A stretch of DNA of 54,153 nt from NCBI GenBank assembly GCA_031549365.1, contig JAVBPX010000006.1:1-54153 (forward strand). The letters run 5' to 3'. Shown here piece after piece: positions 28,635-37,420 of this stretch. This DNA comes from Alphaproteobacteria bacterium. Its GTDB lineage: Bacteria > Pseudomonadota > Alphaproteobacteria > Rs-D84. Made by a program: the position numbers and the translations under genes. Each line of letters begins with the position of its first letter. Positions within the stretch are counted from its first letter, which is position 1. The notes below the pieces were generated by a model that was given only the letters and a program-made list of their open reading frames with translations, did not search any database and had not been told where the DNA came from.

Positions 28635-29171
28635 TTATTTTGTCATGGACAATTGTTGGGCGATGATTGCTGTGGTTGGTTTTTTGTGGGCAAAAATTGT
28701 ACGTTCAACTACTTCGGCTGGTCCGTTTTTGTATTTTGGCCCTTTGGCGCATTTTTTCATTTGTTCGATGATTTTCTGCATTGCGTTTTGGGTCGGGTAT
28801 TTTGGCAAGACTATTTCCTTGGTTGTGTAGCCCATGAATGGATCGGCAAACATTATTTTGAAAAAGCGATGTCCGCAATCGGTGAACATTGTGAATTTTG
28901 CATGTTCTTCGGTTTTTATGCTTTCCCCATTTAACATGGTTTTTACCGATACAGGGGAATGGCAGTCGGATTTGTTGGGGCCGGAAATGATGCGTTGTTC
29001 AAAAGATTTGAACCAAAATATTAATGTAAAGTCAGATTTATGTAATGGGTCAGGGTATGACAGATGGATTGTGTTTTCAACCAATTTAATGGTGAATTCT
29101 TTGTCGCGTAATGATGTGGTTTCAGAATGTTTCCATTTGCCCGATACGGTTTCCATGATTTCGTGTGCCAT
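28635..29171 (-). CDS. Hypothetical protein
   Basis: ATG 29171 with GGAGG SD; terminator at ~28580-28603. Confidence 0.65.
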   Translation of the reverse strand: MAHEIMETVSGKWKHSETTSLRDKEFTIKLVENTIHLSYPDPLHKSDFTLIFWFKSFEQRIISGPNKSDCHSPVSVKTMLNGESIKTEEHAKFTMFTDCGHRFFKIMFADPFMGYTTKEIVLPKYPTQNAMQKIIEQMKKCAKGPKYKNGPAEVVERTIFAHKKPTTAIIAQQLSMTK

Positions 29172-29313
29172 TTTTGCCTCCGTAATTTTTTGTTGTGGGG
29201 ATATTATAGGAATGATTTCCACAAATGCAAGAAAAAAATCGTTTGTCAACCGAATTGTTTTTTAGATGATTGTTGGGTTGGGGGCATTTGTTCGGATAAA
29301 TTAAAAATTGTGC

Positions 29314-29358
29314 TTGCAAGCAGAACAAAAGTAGAATATAATGGAACAAAAGTAAAAC
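29314..29358 (+). promoter_or_regulatory. lexA promoter with two alphaproteobacterial SOS-box-like sites
   Basis: TTGCAA-17-TATAAT; GAAC-N7-GAAT (29323-29337) and GAAC-N7-AAAC (29344-29358). Confidence 0.75.
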
Positions 29359-29372
29359 GAATGGAGGAATAA

Positions 29373-30002
29373 ATGTTGACCCCAAAACAGGCAATTTTAT
29401 TGCAATTTATTACTGATTATACAAATGTGCATGGTGCTGCACCCAGTTACGACGAAATGCGCGAAGCAATTGGATTAAAATCAAAATCTGGGATTCATAA
29501 ATTAATGAACAGTTTAATTGAGCGTGGATTCATAGAACAAATTCCGAACAAGGCGCGTGCATTGCGTGTTGTTAAAAATTTGCCTGGCGTTATTGATGAT
29601 CAGCGTGTTGATTATGAAAATGGAGGGGCCAGGTCGATTCCGATGTATGGAAAAATTGCGGCAGGTACGCCCATTTTGGCAATGAACGATACGCATGCAA
29701 CGTTGGATATATTTGGTTTGGGGCGCGGGGATTATTATGCATTGACTGTATCCGGGGATTCCATGATAGAAGCTGGAATTTTTGATGGAGATACGGTTGT
29801 GATTGAGCACACAAATAATTTTTTACGCAGCGATGTTATTGTGTGTTTGGTTGATGATGCCGAAGTAACATTGAAATATGTTCAAAAACAAGGTGATCGT
29901 GTTGTTTTGGTTCCGGCTAATCGCGAATATCAACCGCGGATTTTGGATTCGCGCAGGGTTCAGTTTCAGGGCAAGGTGGTGCAGTTAATTCGTCACTTTT
30001 AA
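29373..30002 (+). CDS. lexA: LexA repressor
   Basis: MLT.KQ, PSYDEM..LKSKSGIH, IAAG cleavage site, GDSM, TLK. Confidence 0.95.
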   Translation: MLTPKQAILLQFITDYTNVHGAAPSYDEMREAIGLKSKSGIHKLMNSLIERGFIEQIPNKARALRVVKNLPGVIDDQRVDYENGGARSIPMYGKIAAGTPILAMNDTHATLDIFGLGRGDYYALTVSGDSMIEAGIFDGDTVVIEHTNNFLRSDVIVCLVDDAEVTLKYVQKQGDRVVLVPANREYQPRILDSRRVQFQGKVVQLIRHF

Positions 30003-30016
30003 TAAAATCGCGTGAA

Positions 30017-30130
30017 ACCGACCCCGGAATGAATTAATTTTTGAATGGTAATGATAAAAATTTATGAATTCCCGGTCGTTAGCGATGGGCAAGCGGCGCA
30101 AACACCAATTCAGATTCGGCATAGTCGAAA
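30017..30130. repeat. ~113 bp structured repeat (inverted copy of 13655-13767)
   Basis: Reverse-complement match with scattered substitutions. Confidence 0.85.
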
Positions 30131-30149
30131 ATGCGCACTTGAAAACAAG

Positions 30150-30258
30150 TTCCCATAAATTTTGGAATCTTATGTATTATTGTAGCAAATCATTATTAAT
30201 GATTTGACATCGCGGGGACGCCCCGCACCCCGTACCGCGATCCCAAAATTTATGGGAA
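30150..30258. mobile_element. MITE-like element with 16 bp terminal inverted repeats
   Basis: ttcccataaattttgg ... ccaaaatttatgggaa; internal GC-rich ggggacgccccgcacccc. Confidence 0.5.
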
Positions 30259-30383
30259 TTTTTTACAATTACATAATTCTGACGCGATTTATAGGGTTTA
30301 CGTTTTGAGTGGTTTTGTTTATATTTTGTTGCAAGTTCTGGATTCGTGTGTAACAATTTATTCAGAGCCAAGGGAGGTTTTTA

Positions 30384-30737
30384 ATGAAAAAAATATCTAT
30401 GATTGCATTATTATCGATTATTTCTGGTGCTGCGGTTGCCGGATTTCAACCAAATGGTGGTTTTTCTGGCAGTGGTGTTGTGCCAATGACCGTGGAAAAT
30501 GTTAAGCAAATGAAAGACGACACAAATGTTGTTTTGCAGGGGAACATTATTCAAAAAATTAAACATGAAAAATATTTGTTCCAAGATGCGACTGGATCAA
30601 TCGTTGTCGAAATTGATAATGATGATTGGAATGGTTTGGTTGTTACAGAAAAAGACAAGGTTGAAATTGTTGGTGAAGTTGATAAAGATTTTTGGCGCAA
30701 GGATGCCAAGATTGATGTTGATCAGATCAGGAAGTAG
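30384..30737 (+). CDS. YgiW/YdeI-family periplasmic OB-fold (BOF) protein
   Basis: Signal peptide, GGFSG, DDT.VVLQGNI, YLFQDATGSI.VEID, GEVDKD. Confidence 0.9.
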   Translation: MKKISMIALLSIISGAAVAGFQPNGGFSGSGVVPMTVENVKQMKDDTNVVLQGNIIQKIKHEKYLFQDATGSIVVEIDNDDWNGLVVTEKDKVEIVGEVDKDFWRKDAKIDVDQIRK

Positions 30738-30806
30738 TATTGCAATGATTGCTGTGGGGTGAAATTTTATATTGCGAAGCATGTGGAATAATGGTATCAT
30801 TTTGAA

Positions 30807-31050
30807 CGAGTCCACTGGGAAGTGGGATCGGGTCCTTCAAAAAGACCACACTAGACCGGCATTAAAAGTATGCTGGAATCCGCAGAGATAAGGCATGGCG
30901 CGGATTGCGCCGTTTGTTTTATCGTCCCCCGTATGGTCGGGGAGCCGCAGGTTATAAAATAGGGTTATTCCAAAGACCAGCGGGGTCATCGTTTAGTGTG
31001 ATTTTTTGAACTCCCCGGCCGCCAATTTCCTGTTGGCGGTTGTTTTTTAT
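30807..31050 (+). ncRNA. Candidate structured leader/ncRNA (multi-branch)
   Basis: TTGCGA-17-TATCAT promoter; closing stem 30836-30856 / 30991-31010 enclosing four hairpins; terminator-like hairpin 31017-31048. Confidence 0.45.
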
Positions 31051-31063
31051 TCAGGGGGTGTTT

Positions 31064-31531
31064 TTGAAAGAAATTGTATTGTTTTTTTTATTTTTGCTGA
31101 TGTTTGTAAAGCCTGGTTTTTCCGATCGTATGGATATCCTGTATGATCGTAGGAGAGGAGGTATTGCAAGGGAAAGAGTTGTAAATGTTGGGGCGAAATA
31201 TAATAAATTAAATACTGTGAGTGCGGAGAGTATTGAATCACAGAAGTTGTTTGATTCTGCGATAGAAATAAATAATCAAGAACTGGAGTTGGCAAAATTA
31301 TCCGAGAATATAAAATTTTTGGAGCAGGAAATTTCCCAAATAGATTTAGAGTTATCAAAATGTGAACGATCTAAAAAGGGCTGGAAAGCGGCGACAGTTA
31401 TAGGATCTGTTGGTGTGGTTGGTACAGGAACTGGGATTGTCGTTCAGTCGGTTCAATTAAAAAAAGCAAATAAGGATAGCGATGGGAAAAGGGATGATGT
31501 TTCTGTAAAAGATGAGGTCGAGGATAAATGA
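31064..31531 (+). CDS. Secreted/membrane hypothetical protein
   Basis: TTG 31064 after AGGGGG; signal peptide, coiled coil, Gly-rich hydrophobic segment. Confidence 0.65.
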   Translation: MKEIVLFFLFLLMFVKPGFSDRMDILYDRRRGGIARERVVNVGAKYNKLNTVSAESIESQKLFDSAIEINNQELELAKLSENIKFLEQEISQIDLELSKCERSKKGWKAATVIGSVGVVGTGTGIVVQSVQLKKANKDSDGKRDDVSVKDEVEDK

Positions 31532-31911
31532 AAAAAACAATTATGATGATTGTATTAAATTTATTGCTTTGTTGGGATTGCGTCGCGTCGACAGGAAATT
31601 ATGGAGCCAATATTTTGAATAATCGTTTGCAAGATTTAGAGAGTGAGCGTCAACGAAAATCGGTTGCCTTGCAAAAATGCGAGAAAGAGGTTGAAAATTT
31701 TAAGTTTGCAGGGCTGTCAACATTGGCATTGACAGGTGTTGGGATATACGCAAATTCTGAAATTCGTAAAAAAATAAACAATGTGGAAAATTATAGATTA
31801 AATGGAAATTCCGGCGTTGGGTCGGAAGCGAGGTCTGTGGAACAAATTTCTGCGGATAATATCAGTGAACTGTGTCTTGAATTTCCGGATGAGCCGGAAT
31901 GCAAGAAATAG
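31528..31911 (+). CDS. Secreted/membrane hypothetical protein (paralogue of previous gene)
   Basis: ATGA overlap; L.KCE...(W/F)K.A...G.GI motif shared. Confidence 0.7.
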   Translation: MKKTIMMIVLNLLLCWDCVASTGNYGANILNNRLQDLESERQRKSVALQKCEKEVENFKFAGLSTLALTGVGIYANSEIRKKINNVENYRLNGNSGVGSEARSVEQISADNISELCLEFPDEPECKK

Positions 31912-31937
31912 TAATTAACAAACCAAAAGGATGAAAA

Positions 31938-32648
31938 ATGAAAGTAAAAAATATTTTAATGACAACTGTTGCGATGGCAATGGTTTGTGGGGCCTCGGTG
32001 GCTCAGGTTCCAAATGCTCCAAAGATGAGCAAAGAGCGCCAAAAAGAGTTGTGTAGCAAAAGCGCGACAAAGATTTGGGTTGAATTTACTGGTGCCTGTA
32101 TTCCGAAAAACCCTTGTAAGGATTCTTCTTATGAAGGTTATTGTGTTAGATTATTTAAGGATATTCAAGTGGCAGATGTCGCTACTGTAAAAAGTATTGT
32201 TGAATTGTATGCCAAAAAAAATGGAGCGAATTGTAATAAGTTTATTAATCTGAATGATGGTATGGGATTTCAAGGGGCAAATGTTACTGGCCAGGATTAT
32301 TTTGCTTGTGATATGAATGGAAGATATATTGCCTTTGAATTTGACGATGCTTCGGAAAATGTTAAAAATACGGCCAATATAGGTAAAAACAAAGCGGCGT
32401 GTTTGGCAGTAGGAGGAACTGCATCTGGTCGTGGAAAAAATAGTTTAGTGGTTGCTGCGGCGCCAGCTGTTGTTAGCCCTATTATTGGAGGAGCGATTGC
32501 TGTTTCGAATGTCGCTTTGGAAGATAAAGAAATGGCATGTTTTGGTATATCCCAGAGTGTTTGTAATGAAGTTTGGCAGAATGCTGCTTGGTCAAAAGAT
32601 GAAAATGTATGCATAATAAATTTTAGTAGTTCTATTGTTAATTTGTAA
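31938..32648 (+). CDS. Cys-rich secreted hypothetical protein
   Basis: Signal peptide, many Cys; terminator at 32662-32689. Confidence 0.75.
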   Translation: MKVKNILMTTVAMAMVCGASVAQVPNAPKMSKERQKELCSKSATKIWVEFTGACIPKNPCKDSSYEGYCVRLFKDIQVADVATVKSIVELYAKKNGANCNKFINLNDGMGFQGANVTGQDYFACDMNGRYIAFEFDDASENVKNTANIGKNKAACLAVGGTASGRGKNSLVVAAAPAVVSPIIGGAIAVSNVALEDKEMACFGISQSVCNEVWQNAAWSKDENVCIINFSSSIVNL

Positions 32649-32772
32649 TGCGGCGTTCGTTAAAAAACTCCCATTTTGGGAGTTTTTTTATTTGGGTAAA
32701 TTTATTTATGTGTTAATAAGAAATTAAACTATGTCGTTTTTTGGCTTTACAAATATTATATAAAATGCGAAA

Positions 32773-32946
32773 CTGAACCTGTAACAGATAAATGTTACTG
32801 GGAGTCAAAGCCCATTCATCAGCGCCGGGCAAGGCGAGAATTTGCACCACTCTGAACCTGTATGGTTGGAGGGTTGCAAAATATACTGAATATGCACCTA
32901 TCTGATGATAGCTTTGAACCTCCAACCGCCTTTAATTTGGCGGTTG
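32773..32946 (+). ncRNA. Candidate structured leader/ncRNA (rod with central bubble)
   Basis: ggag-tcaaagc..catcag pairs with ctgatg..gctttga..ctcc; apical stem tttgca..tgcaaa; hairpin caaccgcc/ggcggttg. Confidence 0.45.
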
Positions 32947-32971
32947 AAAAACATTAACAAAAGGGTTCAAA

Positions 32972-33712
32972 ATGAAAAAAGTAATTACATCGATTTTATT
33001 AACAGGATTCATAAGTTCTGGGACGGCGGCGTATGATTATTCAAATTTAAATTATATGGTATACTCTAAGAAACAGGAAAATCAATCAACGTTGATTCCG
33101 TATTTTTCAATAAAGGGTGGGGCTGTGTATTCAAGTCAGAACGTAAAAACTGAAGCTGTAAATGTTAGAGTTTTTACGGATTGTAATGATCAAAATCCTG
33201 GGGACGAATGGTGTAATATTCGTGTGGGTGAAAATTCATACAAAATGTCGGGCAATTCATTTGTTGGGCGTGCCGCGATTGGCTTGATCTTTGGTGATAA
33301 TATGAGGGGCGAGTTGGAATATTCGTCACCAACAAAATTATCCAAAACAGTTGGCGATATTAAAGTATCCGCACAGCAGTCGACAATATTGGGGCATATT
33401 TTGTACGAATTTCGTGAAAAGCAATCAAAGTTTATTCCGTATGTTGGGATGAATGCCGGAGTTTCAATGGCCAAGGCAACAATAGATGCCCCTGGGTCGA
33501 CGCAATTGTATGGTATAGGTGGTGAGATACATACAATTTCAAACAGACGTTCGGAATCTGAAACCCCGTTGGCGGGTGGAATTACCATGGGTATTCGCGT
33601 CCCGCTATCAGATACATTCGGTTTGGATTTTGGAGGAAATTACACTTATATAACTGGTGATTATGGTGGAAATTTATTTGGTGGATCAGTTGGATTAATG
33701 GTAATGTTTTAA
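32972..33712 (+). CDS. Outer-membrane beta-barrel protein (8-stranded, OMP_b-brl-like)
   Basis: Signal peptide, PYFSIKGG, RGELEY, FIPYVG.NAG, C-terminal Phe. Confidence 0.8.
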   Translation: MKKVITSILLTGFISSGTAAYDYSNLNYMVYSKKQENQSTLIPYFSIKGGAVYSSQNVKTEAVNVRVFTDCNDQNPGDEWCNIRVGENSYKMSGNSFVGRAAIGLIFGDNMRGELEYSSPTKLSKTVGDIKVSAQQSTILGHILYEFREKQSKFIPYVGMNAGVSMAKATIDAPGSTQLYGIGGEIHTISNRRSESETPLAGGITMGIRVPLSDTFGLDFGGNYTYITGDYGGNLFGGSVGLMVMF

Positions 33713-33765
33713 CAAAAATCCCCTGGTTCAGGGGATTTTTAGTGTTTGATTATCAGAATAATGTT

Positions 33766-34500
33766 TTATTTCATTTGATTGCGGAGTTGGGATAGTTTTG
33801 ACATTAATAATTGGGATGGTAGTTTTAAATTTAGGTTATGTCGGTATCCGAATATTGTTAATACGCCGCCGACGCAGTCAGTGGTTCTGAATATTTTGTT
33901 TATGTCTTCGGACACTCGGCCGATTTTTTGATCGAATTCAATATCATCTGGTAAATTATGATTTTTATAGACGGTTATTGACAGCCCTTGGTTACGGCGA
34001 TTTTTTGAAATGATTTTTTCTAAATCATCAGTTTTGGTTTCTATGATTATGTTGTTGAACGAAATAGTTGTGGTTGTGGATGTGATCCTAATGTTTGCAA
34101 GCAATAATTCATTTGTTGAAACAGAGAAATCATTATCTTGGGTCGCAATGGTTGTTTTAAATTCAACAAAGTTTTGTTTTTCCAATTGTTCGGGTGTGAA
34201 ATTTTTGTTTAATGCATCATTGATATATTCCAGTGGAATAATCATTTTTTCCCAGCCTGTGGATGTTGGGTGTTGGATTGTGATGCTTTGTTTGCTGTTG
34301 GTGGTGCCAATTATTGCGTGTGTCCGCTTGGTTTTTGGTAGGCCAATTTCATAAATAACGTCCGATACAATAGCAATTTTTGCGTTTTGATTTTTTTCAA
34401 TATTGCGGACTTCTTTGATCTTTTGTCGGATTTGATCGTCTTTCCACATTTTAATCGCTGGAATTTTGTCGATTGGTTGTGTTGGTTTTTTATTTGGCAT
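33766..34500 (-). CDS. Hypothetical protein
   Basis: 244 aa ORF with AAGGA SD. Confidence 0.7.
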   Translation of the reverse strand: MPNKKPTQPIDKIPAIKMWKDDQIRQKIKEVRNIEKNQNAKIAIVSDVIYEIGLPKTKRTHAIIGTTNSKQSITIQHPTSTGWEKMIIPLEYINDALNKNFTPEQLEKQNFVEFKTTIATQDNDFSVSTNELLLANIRITSTTTTISFNNIIIETKTDDLEKIISKNRRNQGLSITVYKNHNLPDDIEFDQKIGRVSEDINKIFRTTDCVGGVLTIFGYRHNLNLKLPSQLLMSKLSQLRNQMK

Positions 34501-34509
34501 GTTTAATCC

Positions 34510-34626
34510 TTATTTACCCTTGGCCGCGGGCATGATTTGTTCAAAAAAATGTTTAATTACAAATAACACAAACAGCATCGAGATCAAAGATCCGAATACT
34601 GATGTAATTGCGATGATTGGGTCCAT
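34510..34626 (-). CDS. Possible small membrane protein
   Basis: MDPIIAITSVFGSLISMLFVLFVIKHFFEQ...; stop overlaps the SD of the next gene. Confidence 0.35.
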   Translation of the reverse strand: MDPIIAITSVFGSLISMLFVLFVIKHFFEQIMPAAKGK

Positions 34627-34801
34627 GCCGAACATTTTTGCCACCGTTTTGTTTGTTATGTCTTTAATATAGGACGGAAAATGCCGAGTGTCAACATGTT
34701 TATTGGGTTTTAATTGCAATGATTGGTGCGGGGTTATGGCTGCCGAATAATGGCATGTAAAAATCCCGAATTAATTCGGGATTTTTGGATTGTGTATTGA
34801 A

Positions 34802-35149
34802 TTAATTTTCTGGGACTGGTTTTACCAATTTTTCAACTTCGGGTGATACTGGGGTTCCCATGTCCGCTTTTGGTCCGACCAATTCTGAACGCAATTCAGA
34901 CATTTGACGGGTTGAGCCCTGTTTCGAAACCAGGACAGCCAACAAAATGCATAATACAAAGAATATAGTTGCAAGTATTGCTGTTAATTTGGTCAAAAAA
35001 TTGCCAGCGCCAGCGCCTGTCATGATGCCTGCGAACATGTTGGATGCGGATTGGCCGGACATGCCGGACCCCTCGGACTTTTGTAATAAAATTACGCCGA
35101 TCATCATAATTGCAACGATAATTAAAAGTGTTAATAAGACTGTGAACAT
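34802..35149 (-). CDS. secG: Preprotein translocase subunit SecG
   Basis: TM-VILLQKSEGSG..FAG..NFLTKLTAILATIF. Confidence 0.92.
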   Translation of the reverse strand: MFTVLLTLLIIVAIMMIGVILLQKSEGSGMSGQSASNMFAGIMTGAGAGNFLTKLTAILATIFFVLCILLAVLVSKQGSTRQMSELRSELVGPKADMGTPVSPEVEKLVKPVPEN

Positions 35150-35292
35150 TTTGAATCCTTTTTGGTTTGTGTTTGGATTTTAAAGTTTGGTGATCAAAAT
35201 TGCAAGGAAAATTAAAAAAGACTTGACGTTTTATAAAAAAAGAATAAAATAGCCGAGCACGACAAGAGTTTGAGTTGTGATTTTGTTTATAT

Positions 35293-35369
35293 GCGTCCTT
35301 AGCTCAATTGGATAGAGCACCTGACTACGGATCAGGAGGTTATGGGTTCGAATCCTCTAGGACGCGCCA
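35293..35369 (+). tRNA. tRNA-Arg (ACG)
   Basis: GCGTCCT acceptor, CCTGA-CT-ACG-GA-TCAGG, GGTTCGAATCC, CCA; upstream TTGACG-TAAAAT promoter. Confidence 0.97.
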
Positions 35370-35558
35370 TATTTACATGAAAACGCACCATCTGGGTGCG
35401 TTTTTTGTTTTTCTCGGCGGGCTCGTATGTTTATATACGCTAACACGCCTCGAAAATTCAAAATAACCCACCCATTTGATACATTTTGATGTAAATTTTT
35501 TTTCGATGAATTGAATTAATCCTCTGGGACGCGCCATATTTATATGAAAACGCACCAT
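35351..35558 (+). repeat. 41 bp direct repeat of the tRNA 3' end enclosing an RPE1-like element
   Basis: 35351-35391 vs 35518-35558, two mismatches; element core cgtatgtttatatacgct. Confidence 0.8.
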
Positions 35559-35682
35559 ATTCCCACCCAAAACAAATTTCATTTATTTTGGGACCCGGGT
35601 GGGTGCGTTTTTTGTTTGCATGGTGTTGCCAAATTTGATATAATGTCGTTATGTGTATTTATAAGATATCAAAGGGTGTGTT

Positions 35683-37314
35683 GTGCAAAAATTAAATATT
35701 TATGAACGCTTGCTTCGTGATTTGACTGAAAATAAAGACAAAGTTGATGTTGTAAATGGTTTTACAATATATGATATTTTCCCAAAATATTCAAAGTTTG
35801 ATAGTGATGAATTTATGACCAAGGATTTACTGGAGGCGTTTTCAAAGAAAAAAGAAGTTTCAGAAATTTTTAATGATAAGATTCATTACGTGGCAATGAA
35901 TACAATTTCCAAAATTTTGCTTGAGCGTGCGATAAATGAAAGTCGTAAAAATCAAGCGCAGATTTTTAACACAGTATTTGGTTATTATGAATTAAATAAA
36001 CCAAAGCATGGTGTAGACTATATAAGTAGGTTGATTGAGGATGAAAAAGATCAAAGTTTTGATAAATATAAGAATTTGTTGTATAAAAGTTTAGCTAAGG
36101 CATATTCAACGTATAATGAAATTGGTAAAAGACTGGATGCTCCTGTTCTTGAAATCTTTAATAAAATATTTTCGTATTATGATGGTTATAGTCTTGGGGA
36201 TCTGTCTCGGTCGGTTATAAATAAAGGTAACCGCAAAGCAGTTGAGCCAGGAGAGGGCAAGTTATTAAGAAAGGGTGATAAATTAGATTATTATAAATTG
36301 AGCGAGTTATTGCGAGAGAAAAAGATATTTACGATTACGTTTGCGGATTTTGAGAAGCTTTTCGATAAGATGAAAGCAGAAAATCAAAATTTGTTGCATT
36401 ATTTGGTTTCTGGCAAGATAAGGCTGGAGAATGATTCTTTGGAGAGTTTAGCTGATAGAAAGAAGCATGTTGAATTTGTTAGAAAAAAACTTTTGGAAGA
36501 TGAAAAGCGTTATTCTGAAGCTCTGCTTAAGGGAGAAAAGAATCTTGAAGCTGCAAAAAAGTTAAACGAACGTTTGGAAAAAATTGATAAAAAAGAAAAG
36601 GTATTGAAAGAAATTTATCGAGAATTAGGTGAATTGACCAAATTTGTTAATTTTGAATTTAAAGATTTTAGTGAAGAAGAAAAAAGTAAAATAGGTTTAA
36701 GCGAATTAGATAAAGCAATTAAGGATAATTCTATTTTTAATTTTATTGAAAATGGTAAGTTAGAGGAAAAAATAAGACCTTTGAAACCAGGTTTGTTTGG
36801 CAAGACAAAGATAGAGGCTAGAAATGTAAAGATTTTTGAGCTTGTAAAAAAATTAGAAGAATTACATAAATTGGCAAAAGGGATAGAAATAAATCATAGT
36901 AAAGTTTCAATAAATCAGATGTATGGTGATTTTTTTAAAAAGTCGAAGTCTAGGATGTATAATCAGGGACTTAACGATTTAGGCCTTTCTGAAGAATATG
37001 GTGGCAGCGGGTTAATCGAAACGAAAGGTTTGATTTATGATATAGAGTTTTTAGAAAAAGAATTGAGACAGACTAGGGCTGCTTTGAGTTTGTATCCAGA
37101 AATTGATAATTCTGAATTAGTTAAAAAGGCAGCACAACGTTTGAAAAATAAAGATGGATTTGGATCAGATGTTTCTGGTCATAAAATGGGCGATGACAAA
37201 CAAATGCCGAAAATGACAGATAAATGGAAGCAAGAAAAATTGGTAAAAGCTCCAAACTTGACGGAAGAACAGTTACAAGAAGTTTGGTTGAAAAATATTG
37301 GTATGAAACGATAG
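35683..37314 (+). CDS. Lys/Glu-rich coiled-coil hypothetical protein
   Basis: 543 aa ORF, GTG start, visibly AT-richer than neighbours. Confidence 0.75.
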   Translation: MQKLNIYERLLRDLTENKDKVDVVNGFTIYDIFPKYSKFDSDEFMTKDLLEAFSKKKEVSEIFNDKIHYVAMNTISKILLERAINESRKNQAQIFNTVFGYYELNKPKHGVDYISRLIEDEKDQSFDKYKNLLYKSLAKAYSTYNEIGKRLDAPVLEIFNKIFSYYDGYSLGDLSRSVINKGNRKAVEPGEGKLLRKGDKLDYYKLSELLREKKIFTITFADFEKLFDKMKAENQNLLHYLVSGKIRLENDSLESLADRKKHVEFVRKKLLEDEKRYSEALLKGEKNLEAAKKLNERLEKIDKKEKVLKEIYRELGELTKFVNFEFKDFSEEEKSKIGLSELDKAIKDNSIFNFIENGKLEEKIRPLKPGLFGKTKIEARNVKIFELVKKLEELHKLAKGIEINHSKVSINQMYGDFFKKSKSRMYNQGLNDLGLSEEYGGSGLIETKGLIYDIEFLEKELRQTRAALSLYPEIDNSELVKKAAQRLKNKDGFGSDVSGHKMGDDKQMPKMTDKWKQEKLVKAPNLTEEQLQEVWLKNIGMKR

Positions 37315-37420
37315 TATTTTATCTGGTTAATATTTGCCTTTGTTTTGTCATTTTTTCATGGACGTAATTTTATAAATCTACTATAATGTTTTTGCAAGGA
37401 ACAATTTTTGGGAGATAAAT

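Noticed and set aside
30811-30826. Cobalamin riboswitch B12-box (CCACTG-GGAAG)
   Set aside because: Forms a simple local hairpin; the other conserved cobalamin elements are absent.
32766-32910. Hammerhead ribozyme (GAAAC and CTGATGA present) or TPP riboswitch (TGAACCTG)
   Set aside because: Stem II and the NUH site cannot be formed in the required order; the TPP 5' CTGAGA half is missing.
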